A stretch of DNA of 60,458 nucleotides from Chiloscyllium plagiosum (Eukaryota): contig NC_057718.1 in the NCBI RefSeq assembly GCF_004010195.1, positions 24,734,159 to 24,794,616 of the forward strand. The letters run 5' to 3'. Shown here piece by piece: positions 24,745 through 37,929 of this stretch. The notes beneath the pieces are model-generated. The model made no database searches, was not told the origin of the DNA, and saw only the letters and a list, made by a program, of their open reading frames with translations. Position 1 is the stretch's first letter. The number at the start of each line of letters is the position of its first letter. The translations under genes and the position numbers were made by a program.

Positions 24745-25572
24745 TGGTAAATAATAAGAAAATACTTTCAAAAAGCAAAATTGAAGTAATGAAATACAAG
24801 GGCATACCAAATTGCATGATCATAACGTCAAGATCATTTTTTAAAAAATTGTCAGTTAGTGTCAGAACTATATCATTATGGTTTAAAAGCAGAGTGGCAA
24901 TGGCATTCTGATTAGAGCTTAGTACAAATGCACATACCAAAAGAGCTAGAAGCACAAGTTCAATTTAAAGGCATCATACTGGTTTGTTAAATGAACCTAG
25001 TGCCAGTCTCCAGCTTTTTTCCCTCTACCTTTGCATAGTATTTTTATTCAAATAATCATCCAATACCCTCTTGAAAGCCTCAGTTGAACCTGCCTCTATC
25101 ACACATCCAGGCAGTGTACTCCATACTCCAAGTGAGTACGAGTGAAAGAGTATTTCCTCACTACATCCTAACCTTGCATTCTGTGCTCTTCGTCAGTTTT
25201 AACCTGCTTTTCTACTACTTGTTCATTCTGAAATCATGTCTTTCAACTTCTAATCCTTTGCCAATTCCCTATTTTTTCTAAGGAGTATACAGCCTAGAAT
25301 ATTGAGCTCCCAGTCAGCCCTGTTTGTAGCCGGGCCTCCATAATGCCTTTAAATTGAACTTGTGCTTCTAGCTCTTTTGGTATGTGCATTTGTACTAAGC
25401 TCTAATCAGAATGCCATTGCCACTCTGCTTTTAAACCATAATGATATAGTTCTGACACTAACTGACAATTTTTTAAAAAATGATCTTGACGTTATGATCA
25501 TGCAATTTGGTATGCCTTTGTATTTCATTACTTCAATTTTGCTTTTTGAAAGTATTTTCTTATTATTTACCA
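24745..25572. repeat. 230-bp inverted duplication (24745-24974 / 25343-25572), one mismatch, 368-bp spacer
   Basis: Base-by-base reverse-complement comparison; explains the mirrored ORFs 24668-24955(-) and 25362-25709(+). Confidence 0.95.
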
Positions 25573-27803
25573 TAACCATTCCTATTCGTGTAGTACATAT
25601 CACTTTCTGTGTTCTAACTATTGCTTTTTCTCCTCTCCTTTTAACCTTTAAGTTACTATTACTTCGGCTGGGACAAATGGTTGTGGAACTGGGCTCCAGC
25701 AACAAATGATTAATTAATGTGCTTTTCATGGTGCAGTGGTGGTATCCCCACCCTTGGCCCAGGGGACCTGGGTTCAAGTTCCACCTGCTCCAGTGGTGTC
25801 TCACAATATCTCTAAACAGGTTGATTAGAAAATATTTTCATGAGTTATTTGTTGGAAAATATTTACCAGAACAGTTTGGGAACTATTGCTGTAGGATCCT
25901 TAAAGTCTATTTCAACCATCTGAATGGGTATGGTCTCAATTCATTATTTATTGCATAACCAGTAATGCAACACTCTCTCAACTCTGCACTATAGTGTCTA
26001 ATTTATATAAACAGTTTTAGCTTGAGGACACCAGTCTTCGAACTCATGTCACCAGTTACCTGATGATATATTCAACTTGCCTCCCTCAGAACCTTACATT
26101 ATTGTTGTTATCTCCCATTTTAATTTCCTATTAGGTTTCCCACATTGATGGTACTGTTAAAGAAACCATTTAGAAATGAAACGGGTCGACTGAATTGCTT
26201 GGTGTTAGTAAAATAGAGGAAAACTGAAAAGAGAGATGCACTTTATAAAAGAGTGCCTCCATCAAACAAATCATAGCAGGGAATTAAGGTAGGAAAGCGA
26301 TTTTACAGTGAAACAGTGAATTATAAATAACAGTTCATATATTAATTTCACCACTGCGGCTGCAGCCTTTGAAACCCATTAGTTCTGATACTGAGACGCT
26401 GCTAGTCACATCTGAAATTAATTTTAGTGACTCTCAGCCAGATCTGCCACCTCCACACCTGATGATGTGAATCAATAGAAAGGCAAATAAATCACTTCTT
26501 GAGCTGTAACATCAAACAGTACAACAAAATGAAGTCAAAGTTAAAATGATAGTCAAGTCCAAAATAGACAGATGACTATAGAAGAAATAAAGGGATACCA
26601 GATTACTATTTTTATGTAAAATAGTTCCTAATATTGTAGCACTTGGCTCATATTGAGGTCATAAAACGCTCCATTATTTCTAGGTGCCTTGATACTGGAA
26701 TTATATTCGGTATCCGATATGTTACCTGGAAACAAACAGTCAGACTGAAGTTGAAGTCCAAAGCTTGTTGTTATTTGAGAGAACTGTCTTCCTATCAATC
26801 ATAAGCACACCCAGAAGCTGCAGGCTAGGTGCATGCTGGGAGCTGTGTCGCAACACCTTCATAAATCTCTAAAGCTGACAGTTATACATCTGGGATTTCA
26901 TGTAAGCTTAAGGCTGAGGCAATTCATAGGAAGACAAGCATTATTATTATAGGTACTTTGAGCGCAGAATAGTGACCAAAAAGACCTTCCAAATATATTT
27001 GGAGAATTTTCACTACTTCATTGCTTCAATATTTTATTCAGTCAGTTTTGTCCTCAGAGATTTGTTGTCCTCCTGCACACAAGATTTATGAATAGCACTC
27101 TAGCCAGTTTCCTTGAGCTAGATTATTTTTACTCTCTGTATGTTCAATTCTTACTGCCCGCTGTTTTATGGACGAACTTTCAGGTCATCCGATGCAGAAA
27201 CAGTGTCTGTAAAAGGATGCAATACTGAAAGTGTGATACTCAGGAAAAGAACAAAGGGCTGAGTTTTACCAAAAATTGGTGATGTGTCAGTTTTGGGAGT
27301 TTAATGGAGGTGAACATGAGAAGGGGTCTCACCTAGCTCTCCACTACTCACTTCATCATGTATCCACCAGGTTGCCATCTTGCCCCTCCTGTGCTACCTT
27401 GTATTCGCCATTGCAGAAGTACTCGCCAATGCTGGGAACTTCTGGGATTTCTGCCACTGGCATCATGTACCAGGTCAATTACTGTCAATCCCAAATAGCT
27501 TTTCACAAGATACATAATAGGGGGAAATTAAAAAGAAAGGCCTCTGTGGAGACATCAGAGGCATAGATCACACTTGGCTGGAAATAGAAGCTCATGTTGG
27601 TAAATGTATTGCCACCTGACATCTTCACCTGTCTGATTGATCATCATAGTCACTGCAACTACAAGAACCAAGCTACATGGACTGACTGTCCTCAGCACTG
27701 TACCATGTTTCAACCGCTGTCTAAGAAAATGTTACTCTTTTCTTCATGCCCTGCGTAACTTAACATTGTCATCGTTTAGGACTGACTGCACCCCATTCTG
27801 TGG

Positions 27804-28071
27804 TAAAAACAAGGACTGCAGATGCTGGAAACCAGAGTCTAGATTAGAGTGGTGTTGGAAAAGCACAGCAGGTCAGGCAGCATCCGAGGAGCAGGAAAAT
27901 TGACGTTTTAGGCAAAAGCCCTTCATCAGGAATAGAGGCAGGGTGCCTGCAGAGTCTGCAGGCACTCTGCCTCTATTCCTGATGAAGGGCTTTTGCCTGA
28001 AACTTCGATTTTCCTGCTCCTCAGAGCTGCCTGACCTGCTGTGCTTTTCCAACACCACTCTAATCTAGACT
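27804..28071. mobile_element. Fold-back (palindromic) PLE family-A mini-element with 18-bp TSD
   Basis: Arms 27833-27953 and 27955-28074 inverted (about 5 substitutions and 1 indel); TSD CTGCACCCCATTCTGTGG at 27786-27803 and 28072-28089. Confidence 0.92.
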
Positions 28072-28435
28072 CTGCACCCCATTCTGTGGACTGTAATGAT
28101 ATGAACCCTCTGAACTATCCAAATAACTGGCTGACTGTGTCCTCGCCCCTGAACTGATTTCGGATGATATTCTTGAATTACTGTGCTGATACCCCCTAAC
28201 ACATAACAATCCCTCTTGACTTGACTGAGGACTAATCCCCTTAGACTTTCAGGTGTCGCAATTTGGTTGAAGGACATTCAGTGCTGTTGCTGTTTCAGCT
28301 GCTGTCATATGTTTACGTAGCAATGATATAGCACATCACTATAAAGCAACATGCCCATCCATTTGACTGACCAGTGCAGGAAAACATTACAAGCTGCCTG
28401 GCATTATCTGTCTGTACTAAAAAGCAAGACATGTA

Positions 28436-28826
28436 GGAGCTGGAGGGGTGACCTTATACAGGTTTACAAAATCATGAGGGGCATAGATAAAGTGAGCAGC
28501 AAGATTACCTTCCCTAGGGTAGGGGAGTTCAAAACAAGAGGGCATATTTTTAAGGTGAGAGAAGGAAAATTTAAAAGGGACCTGAGGGGAAATGTTTTCA
28601 CAAGAGGGTGATTTGTATGTGGAATGAACTGCCTGAGGAAGTGGTGGATGCAGGTACAGTTACAACATTTAAAGGACATTTGGATAGGTATATGAATAGA
28701 AAAACTTTAGAGGGATATACGCCAAACACAGGCAAATGGGAATCGTTTAGTTGGGAAAACCTAGATGGCATGGACAAATTGGACTTAACGGTCTGTTTCC
28801 ATCCAGTATTGCTCTATGACTCTATA
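28436..28826 (+). mobile_element. HER1/CR1 LINE 3' fragment
   Basis: RGDLIQVYKIMRGIDKV...TRGHIFKVR; CTCTATGACTCTAT tail. Confidence 0.88.
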
Positions 28827-29119
28827 CGTTTAGTGAGCCTGTTTGCTCTGAACGAGGCTGCAACATGCATAAAGACAAAGCAAAGCAAGGCAGGGGCCCA
28901 GTATTCAGTCTGACTTTCATGTCTGGAATTGACGCCAGCTAGTTTTTCTGTGCAGTTTGAGAGAACAGCAAACTACATATAAATGAGGTGAACATAGGTA
29001 ATAATGAGGTTTTAAAGTATGTAAATTGACCTCTTACCATTCGTGAGCAGTATCACTATTTCAACTGTCTAAATTTTGGGTGGAAAAATGAGCTTTTCCT
29101 GTCAGTGAGTACCTCATCT

Positions 29120-30600
29120 CTCCAATCTCACCATACTTTCCAAATGGACTTGCCTATAATAATCTCTAGCAATAGTGAATAAGTACCACATGATAGCACA
29201 GTCAGCCACAGATTCCACCAGTTTGCTGATGAGAGGAAGTAGACTGATGGGGTGACAATTGGGTTGAAATACTTGGCCAATTTTCCACATTTCTGGGTAG
29301 ATATCAATGTCATTGTTGAACTGGAATAGCTTAGCTAGGTTTGGCTAGTTCTAGTAATACAAGATCTCAACACTACAGCAGGCATGATGTTGAGGCTCGT
29401 AGCCTTTGCTGCACACAATGCACTTTGCTGTTGGTTGCGATCACATGGAGTGAAGTAAAGTGGCTGAAAACTGCGTTCTGTGAGGTGGACTCCTCAGAAA
29501 CATCAAAACATGAACCCAGGAACAAGAGATTGAAGGAACCAAAGTGGCCATTTGGCCCTCGAGCCTGCTTTGTCATGCAATAAGATGATTACAGATCTGA
29601 TTTCAGTCCAACTCAGCCTTGTTTAAGTTCAATGGCCTGGCTTTCTGGGGAACACCATTCTATAGACCAACAGTCTCACAGAAAAAAACATGCTCCTCAT
29701 CTCCATCTTAACAGGGAGCCCTCTTATTTTTAAACAGTAGAATCGGGAGGGCAGTTGGCTGTTGGCCAGTATGTAACACAGAATGATACCAACAGTGTGG
29801 GTTCAATTCCTGCATTGGCTAGGATAACCATGAAGGTCTCTCCTTCTCAACCTCTCTCCCACCTGAGATGAAGTGACCCTCAGGTACAAACATGAGAAAG
29901 CAGTCCTATGGTCTGGGAAGACTATAGTGATTTTACCTTAGAGTCAAGTGGAAACATCCTCTAGTATCCAACCTATCAAGTCACCTTGGTATCTTGGAAT
30001 TTTCATTATCACCCCTCAGTCTTCTCAACTCCAATGGGTATAGGACCAACCTGTTCATCCATCCCTCATAAAACAAACCCTTCATCCCAGGACTGAGACA
30101 AATGGATTTGGAGGCTAAGATGGATAATCCACTTTTTCTCTTACAAGCTGAATCTGAATGTTGAGGTTCACTCAGTAAAATAGTCTGCAGCTAAGGCAGA
30201 AGATGTGGGTAGTCCAGTTGCTATCTTGTAGAAAGACAGGGTTGCACGTGGCCTCTGCTGCAGACAGGTCAAATGAGAATGTCACTAGGGTGGTTTGAGG
30301 AGAAAACTGACAAATAAGTAGTGATAATAATTGGACATTTATGGTAGGAGATTTGACACTGGTGTTGCCACTGATAGTCATGCTAACGTGGATAGGCTCC
30401 CTTTTGTTAGGAATGGTCATTGCCTGACACCTGTCTCACCTGAATGTTTGTATGCTAGTTACCACTCACAGCTCAAATCTGGATTTTGTACAGGTCTTGC
30501 TACACATGAGTATTCGCTGTTTCAATAGCTGAGAAATTGGGTTAGGAGCTGAACAGTGTAGAATCAATAGCAAAAGGCCCCACATCTGACCAGTTGGTTT
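29120..30600 (-). mobile_element. Decayed pieces of the second LINE family, with a nested CR1 tail (~29505-30090) and SINE D (~29745-29940)
   Basis: Similarity to 48150-48450 and 46600-46950. Confidence 0.55.
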
Positions 30601-31395
30601 TGCTTCTTTCCTGGTATTGCTATAAGCTGCATACACTCTAAGAACTTGCAGTAGTTTACCAGCAGTAACTTGACTAAGTTAGTGGTACAATATAATGGGA
30701 CTTTCATTACCATTGCCAGAAGGGTAGTACTGTGAGAAGGAGCAAAGTACTATCAGCCTTTTTTCAGTAAATTTACATTTCTCAAAAATACATTGTGGGA
30801 ATTGGAGATATAAAGTCAATTGATTTTAAGTTGTTCAACAACAAACATAACAGATGACACAACAAAAGCTATATTTCAAAAATAAATTTGTTGGTTGTAA
30901 AACCATTTAGGATCTCCACATCATGAAAGAGCACCATCTAAAAAATAATTTTCTTCTGTCTTTCTCAAATCTCTGAGCTGAAAGTAAATACTTATGTACA
31001 AAAGGGTAGTGAACAATACCTAATGTTGAGCTATACATATTATAAAATAGATCCTATCCAATTGGATGAAGCATTGTATTACTAATCTTATTGTAAGTGA
31101 TTGCCTGTATAAATAATATTAATATGACGCTGATTTATTCATGCTAAGAACTTTGAACAATTAGAGATTTTGTGTGAAATATATATATAAATATATAGTA
31201 AACTTTGTTTTATCAAGCTCATTATGAATCAATGCTCTTAATAACCAGCAAAAATTACATATCTCAAATACCGCAAAGTTTGCTGAATTATTCTATCTAA
31301 TTATTTGTTTTTTTTTAAATGTATTTATCTCAATGTAAATATACCTGTAGTTTAATCAAATGGCCACATTAAATATCAGCAGTTGATTCAATTTT

Positions 31396-34372
31396 GAGTC
31401 ATAGAGGCACAGAGTCATAGAGATGTACAGCATGGAAACAGACCCTTCAGTCCAACCCGTCCATGCCGACCAGATATCCCAACCCAATCCAGTCCCACCT
31501 CCCAGCACCCGGACCATATCTCTACAAACTATTCCTATTCATATACCCATCCAAATGCCTTTTAAATATTGCAATTGAACCAGCCTCCACCACTTCCTCT
31601 GGCAGCTCATTCCATACACGTACCACCCACTGCATGAAAAAGTTGCCCCATAGGTCTCTTTTATATCTTTCCCCTCTCACCCTAAACCTATGCCCTCTAG
31701 TTCTGGACTCGTCCACCCCAGGGAAAAGACTTTGTCTATTTACCCTATCCATTCCCCTCATAATTTTATAAACCTCTATAAGGTCACCCCTCAGCCACTA
31801 ATGCTCCAGGGAAAACAGCCTCTCCCTATAGCTCAAATCCTCCAAACCCAGCAACATCCTTGTAAATCTTTTCTGAACCCTTTCAAGTTTCAAAACATCT
31901 TTCCGATAGGAAGGAGACCAGAACTGCACACAATATTCCAACAGTGGCCCAACTAATGTCCTGTACAGCTGCAAAATGACCTCCCAACTCCTGTACTCAA
32001 TACTCTGACCAATAAAGGAAAGCATACCAAACACCTTCTTCACTATCCTATCTATCTGTGTCTCCACTTTCAAGAAGTTATGAACCTGCATTCCAAGGTC
32101 TCTTTGTTCAGCAACACTCCCTCAAACATTACCATTAAGTGTATAAGTCCTGCTAAGATTTGCTTTCCCAAAATGCAGCACCTCGCATTTATCTGAATCA
32201 AACTCCATCTGCCACTTCTCAGCCCATTGGCCCATCTGATCACGATCCCATTGTACTCTGAGGTAACCCCTTCTTCGCTGTCCACTACACCTCCAATTTT
32301 GATATCAACTGCAAACTTACTAACTATATACCTCTTATGCTCACATCCAAATCATTTATATAAATGACGAAAAGTAGAGAAACCAACACCGATCCTTGTG
32401 GCACTCCACTGGTCACAGGCCTCCAGTCTGAAAAACAACCCTCCACCACCACCCTCTGTCTTCTACCTTTGAGCCAGATGGCTAGTTCTCCCTGTATTCC
32501 ATGAGATCTAACCTTGCTAACCAGTCTCCGATGGGGAACCTTGTCGAATGCCTTACTGAAGTCCATATACATCACATCTACTGCTCTGCCCTCATCAATC
32601 CTCTTTGTTACTTCTTCAAAAAACTCAATCAAGTTTGTGAGACATGATTTCCCATGCACAAAGCCATGTTGACTATCCCTAATTAGTCCTTGCCTTTCCA
32701 AATACATGTACATCCTGTCCCTCAGGATTCCTGCCAACAACTTGCCCACCACCAACATCAGGCTCACTGGTCTATAGTTCCCTGGCTTGTCCTTACCACC
32801 CTTCTTAAACAGTGGCACCACGTTAGCCAACCTCCAGTCTTCCAGCACCTCACCTGTGACTATCGATGATCCAAATATCTCAGCAAGAGGCCCAGCAATC
32901 ACTTCCCTAGCTTCCCACAGAGTTCTAGGATATACCTGATCAGATCCTGGGGATTTATCCACTTTTACCCATTTCAAGACATCCAGCACTTCCTCCTCTG
33001 TAATATGGATATTTTTAAAGATGTTACCGTCTATTTCCCTACATTCTATATCTTCCATGTACTTTTCCACAGTAAATACTGATGCAAAATACTCGTTTAG
33101 TATCTCCCCCATTTTCTGTGGCTCCACACAAAGGCAGCCTTGCTGATCTTTGAGGGGCCCTATTCTCTCCCTAGTTACCCTTTTGTCCTTAATATATTTG
33201 TAAAAACCCTTTGGATTATTCTTAATTCTATTTGCCAAAGCTATCTCATGTCCACTTTTTGCCCTCCTGATAGCCTCTTAAGTATACTCCTACTGCCTTT
33301 ATACTCTTCTAAGGATTCACTCGATCCATCCTATCTATACCTGACATATGCTTCCTTCTTTTTCTTAACCAAACTCTCAATTTTCTTCAGTCATCCAGCA
33401 TTTCCTATACCTACCAGCCTTTCCTTTCACCCTAACAGGAATATACTGTCTCTGGACTCTCATTATCTCATTTCTGAAACCTTCCCATTTTCCAGCTGTC
33501 CCTTTACCTGCTTTTGAAAGTTCTTGCCTCATACCGTCAATATTGGCCTTTCTCTAATTTAGAACTTTAACTTGTAGATCTGACCTATCCTTTTCCATCA
33601 CTAATTTAAATCTAATAGAATTATGGTCGCTGGCCCCAAAATGCTCCCCCACTGACACCTCAGTCACCTGTCCTGCATTATTTCCCAAGAGTCGGTCAAA
33701 TTTTGCACCTTCTCTATTAGGTACATCCACATACTGAATCAGAAAATGTTCTTGTACACACTTAACAAATTCCTCTCCATTTAAATCGTTAACACTATGG
33801 CAGTCCCAGTCTCTGGAAAGTTAAAATCCCCTACCATAACCACCATATTATTCTTACAGATGGCTGAAATCTCCTTACAAATTTGTTTCTCAATTTCCCT
33901 CTGACTATCAGGGGGTCTATAATACAATCCCAATAAGGTGCTCAACCCTTTCTTATTTCTCAATTCCACCCAAATAACCTCCCTGGATGTATTTCCGGGA
34001 ATTTCCTCCCTCACTACACCTGTAATGCTATCCCTTATCAAAAATGTCACTTCCCCTCCTCTCTTGTCTCCCTTTCTATCTTTCCCATAGCATTTGCATC
34101 CTGGAACATTAAGCTGCCAGTCCTACCCATCCCTGAGCCATGTTTCTGTAATTGCTATGATATCCCAGTCCCATGTTCGTCACCAGTTAATCTGGCTTCC
34201 CTGTTAGGCCCCTTGCATTGAAATAAATGCAGTTTCATTTATTAGTCCTGCCTTGTCCCTGCCTGCCCTGACTGTTTGACTCACTTCTGTTCTCAGCTGT
34301 ACCCGTCTCAGATTGATCTCTTTCCTCACTAACCCCCTGGGTCTCACTCCTCATCTTGCTAGTTTAAATCCT
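31396..34372 (-). mobile_element. HER1/CR1 LINE, ~3 kb, 5'-truncated at the end of ORF1, ORF2 disrupted
   Basis: APE endonuclease fragment (GLYYRPP, VGDFNFP; 33781-34050), RT (NYRPVSL, QHGF, DFSKAFDKV, GVPQGSVL, YINDLD; 32324-33238), C-terminus and CTCTATGACTC tail; frameshifts present. Confidence 0.96.
32324..33238 (-). pseudogene. CR1 ORF2 reverse transcriptase fragment (304-aa open segment)
   Basis: Canonical non-LTR RT motifs; the frame breaks before the FADD motif. Confidence 0.9.
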
Positions 34373-34425
34373 CACCTCAAGTACACTATCTACCGTGAAA
34401 CCTGAATAGTCTATTGAGGGTACAT

Positions 34426-34652
34426 GTAAGAAAGTTCTCTGCCAGCAAGTTTTATTCAAGGCAAAGTTGCATTATTAGTTCAGTGACTTATGCTGTAAAT
34501 AAAGTATAACAGTGATGTGTAAAACCCCAGCCTTACACTTCTATCATTTATTTCTGTGTTTTTACATTGATTATGTAAACCTCCTGATAATACTTGATCA
34601 ACCCACTCACTCCTGGTCCCATAGGTCCAATTAATAAAAAGTTTGTTGCATA
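34426..34652 (+). repeat. Unclassified dispersed repeat (copy 2)
   Basis: Collinear with 14431-14660. Confidence 0.7.
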
Positions 34653-34959
34653 CAATTTAGATTTAAATTGCAGTGGTACCTTCCCAATATCCTGACCTAA
34701 CTTCAGTTGATTGGGAATGACTTCAATCTTGGGTCCAGAAATGATATCAGGTGGCTGGTTTGCACCTTTTCCAATTTATGTTTCCAACTTCAATAGAAAG
34801 GAGGATGGAGAGGGGTATGCAATGGGTCATCACACTGATAATGGTCCAATTTCCACAGTCAATAAAAGTTTAATATGATGCCAAATATCTGCAGAAACAT
34901 CAAGTAATAGTCATTTATGCCACTTTCCCCCAGGTCTCTGACATCTCCAACCAATGGAG

Positions 34960-35522
34960 TAGGCCCAGCACTGCGGACAGGCGACAGCAATATCAGAGAC
35001 AAGTTTAGGATCACAGCGGCTTCTGCATTGATGAGGCAGTCCTAGTGCTGATTCATGCCTGCTGCTGCTGCTGCTGCAGCAGAGGCAAGTTTGAGCTGGT
35101 GGCATCAAAAATGGTTGCATTGGCAAGGCGGGCCCAAAGTGGACTCGTAGTAGTGTCGGAGTAAAAGTTTGGCCAATTCGGTACCAGGCAGCATCAGTAG
35201 CATGTGAAATGGTGAGATCCAGCAAGGACTCAGAGTGGCGGAGTTAGATGGAGCCGAAGAGTGGGTAATTTTTATTCCAGTGACGGCGATTCAGTGAAGG
35301 AGATTTGTGTCTAGCTACCAGGTCTATGGCCCATGGCCCACTTATCAAGAAGGACTGTAATGTGGGACACTTCTTTTATTTCTTCATTTCCCTGCCTTTA
35401 TATTCTATGTTTTCATTTATTTTCCCGTGCTTTACGATGGTACCAGAGAGTGCAACAATATCCAACACTTCTCACTGTATTTTGTATGAAGATACATGTG
35501 ACAATAAACAAATAAATAAAAA
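34960..35522 (+). repeat. GC-rich retroposon-like repeat ending GTGACAATAAACAAAT(AAAT)n
   Basis: 3' end resembles 53150-53250. Confidence 0.45.
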
Positions 35523-35754
35523 TGATAGCAGGAGTTCAGGAAAACCTTCTGCAGATTCAAGTTAGCTATGTTTTACATGGCAAATACATCCATTAAATAA
35601 ATTGTCTTTTTAAAACCATTTTCTTAAAAAATAATCTCCTTGTCCTTTAATTTTTCTTTTTGTTTTCCTTTGTGCAATCACAATCTACATTTGTATAATG
35701 CTTTAAATGGAATGAAATAACACAAGATACTTTGTACAAACATTATAAAGTAAA

Positions 35755-36125
35755 ATGGGACACATAAAGAGATATTAAGTCAGATGACGAGAAGCTAGCT
35801 CAGAGAGGTGGATTTTAAGGAATGTTTTATTGGAAGAAAAGTGAGGTGGAGAATACGATGGAAAGAATTCCAGGATGTGGAGCCTAAGCCGTTGGAGTCC
35901 ACAGCCACCCATCGCAGATCAGTTATATTAGGAATGAAAAAGAAACCACTATCAATTGGAAGAGATTTCAGAGATAGGGAGCAGTAAAGCTACAGAGGGA
36001 TTGAAAAGAAAAATTAAAAAATTAAAGTGAAGGTTTGGTTTGACTGGGTACCAATGTAGGTCAGCATGCACAGGGCTTAAGAAAGAGTAGGATACCTGTG
36101 TAATACATAGACAGCAGATTTTTTA
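35755..36125 (-). mobile_element. Old L2-like 3' end
   Basis: Purine-rich text resembling reverse-strand L2 tails (GAGGTGGATTTTAAGG...GAATTCCAG); similar block at ~1385-1600. Confidence 0.45.
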
Positions 36126-37929
36126 CCAGTCCTATCTAGAATACAGAAAAATTAAAATGATGTTTCTGCAAACTTCTGGTTTATGTTCTATGTGTTTTCC
36201 GACTTCTTCTGCCTATCCTTGTATGATTCAAAGTAGTTTCATAGTAGTTATAACAAGAAAGTTGCAAGGACAGAGGGCACTTGAGGAAGCATGGTGAGTG
36301 CCCTCAAACAGCTTGGGCTGAGGCAAATAGAAGGAAGCACAGGGCACCGTATTACATACCAGGGTTGTAACCTCCACAATGAACTTAACTCAGTTAGTTT
36401 AGACCTGACCTTCTACCACCCAACTCCACAGTGAAACTCTTTGATCAGCTTCTACTTGTCCAGATAAATATTAGAAAGAGGATTTTTTTTTTTAGAAGCT
36501 ATATGTTCCTTTTGTCAATGCAAAACATATTTTAAAAAATACAAATTGCCAGCTTTACTATTGCATTTGTTGCGCAAAATGTGGCTAACTGGAATTTCCA
36601 TAAGACTGATGCCCCACATCTTCTCATCAGATTTCATTAAGTTTTCCACACTGACATAAAACTGGCCATATCCTTCCATGCCACTTAAAATTAGTACAGT
36701 ATCTTACCAGAAAACACACTGGGAATTTTTGACAAAAAGCTTTTGACTGTGCGGATAGGAATCCCATTTTTCTCCTCTTGCATTCGTGCTATAACATCCT
36801 CCATCTGAAATGAGATGGGAGAAAATGTTTAATGTTATTTTTGCATTCCATGCCTTTAAACATTTTTTTAAAAAAGAGAATGTACTCAGCATTTTTTTCC
36901 TTTGCAGTGTAACGAAATGTTTTGCTTTTCTTTAATTAAGGGTAAAGCCATTTCATCTCTTCAGCTTAATTTTATTTTCTATTCACATTAAGGGATTCTG
37001 TTTTCTAAGGAAGCATCAACACAAGTCATGGTTTTATAAAGAAACCTGTACACTGGGCATTAAAATCACAATTAGAATTAGATAACACCTTCTGTACAGA
37101 GATTATTTTGAATTGCTTTAATAATAATTTTAAAAATCTTTTCACTCCACAAATGCACATCATTTTGAAGTACAAAGTTCCATCTCAGACTATATATTTT
37201 TATATAAACACTCATTCTTTTACCCAGGCAGATTGATGGTCTTTGTTGTCATTATGAACATGGATTGCAATTTAACCATCTGTCCTTTCCATTCAACAGC
37301 TTTATCAGTGCAGAATCCCCCACCATCTACATCCTACAGGTAACTAGCAACCAGAAACATAACTGGACCACCCATCCAGTAGCTACAAGAGCTGGTCAGA
37401 GGCAAGGAATCCCCAAAACCTGTCCCTCATTTACATGACAAAGGTCAGAAATGTGATGGAATATTCATCACTTACCTGGATGGGTGCAGTACCCACAAAA
37501 CTTAACATTTTCTATACTTCTAGGTTTTGATCCAATAATGAGCAATAGTGCAACAAATGGCAATCAGCAATGTAGATTTTGTTTCGCTGCCTGATACCTT
37601 ATATGGGCAGCTTTGGATGTCTAAGGATCCTTCTTTAGCTTTAAGGACACTGCTTATATTAATAGTGAGCTGCAGGAAGAGCTGAAGATTCAAGAACCTT
37701 ACAAGATAAACCCTCGTGGCATGATTCAACAAAGCAGAATCTACAGTTGATGGCAAAAGAATTTTAGACCTGGTAAGAGATGCATTGCAGCAGGACAGCT
37801 AGGATCTCCCTGAATCTGAAGTATCAGTCTTTCTATGACAGTTACAGATTGATATAGATACCAATTATCTGAGGCAGGATTCAGCCAAGCAGTGATTGGA
37901 CATGGAGGTTTTCAGAGATGGACCAAACA

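Noticed and set aside
24668..25804. Signal-peptide-like ORFs MLLALLVCAFVLSS.. on both strands
   Set aside because: Non-ATG starts, AT-rich, and duplicated only because of the inverted repeat
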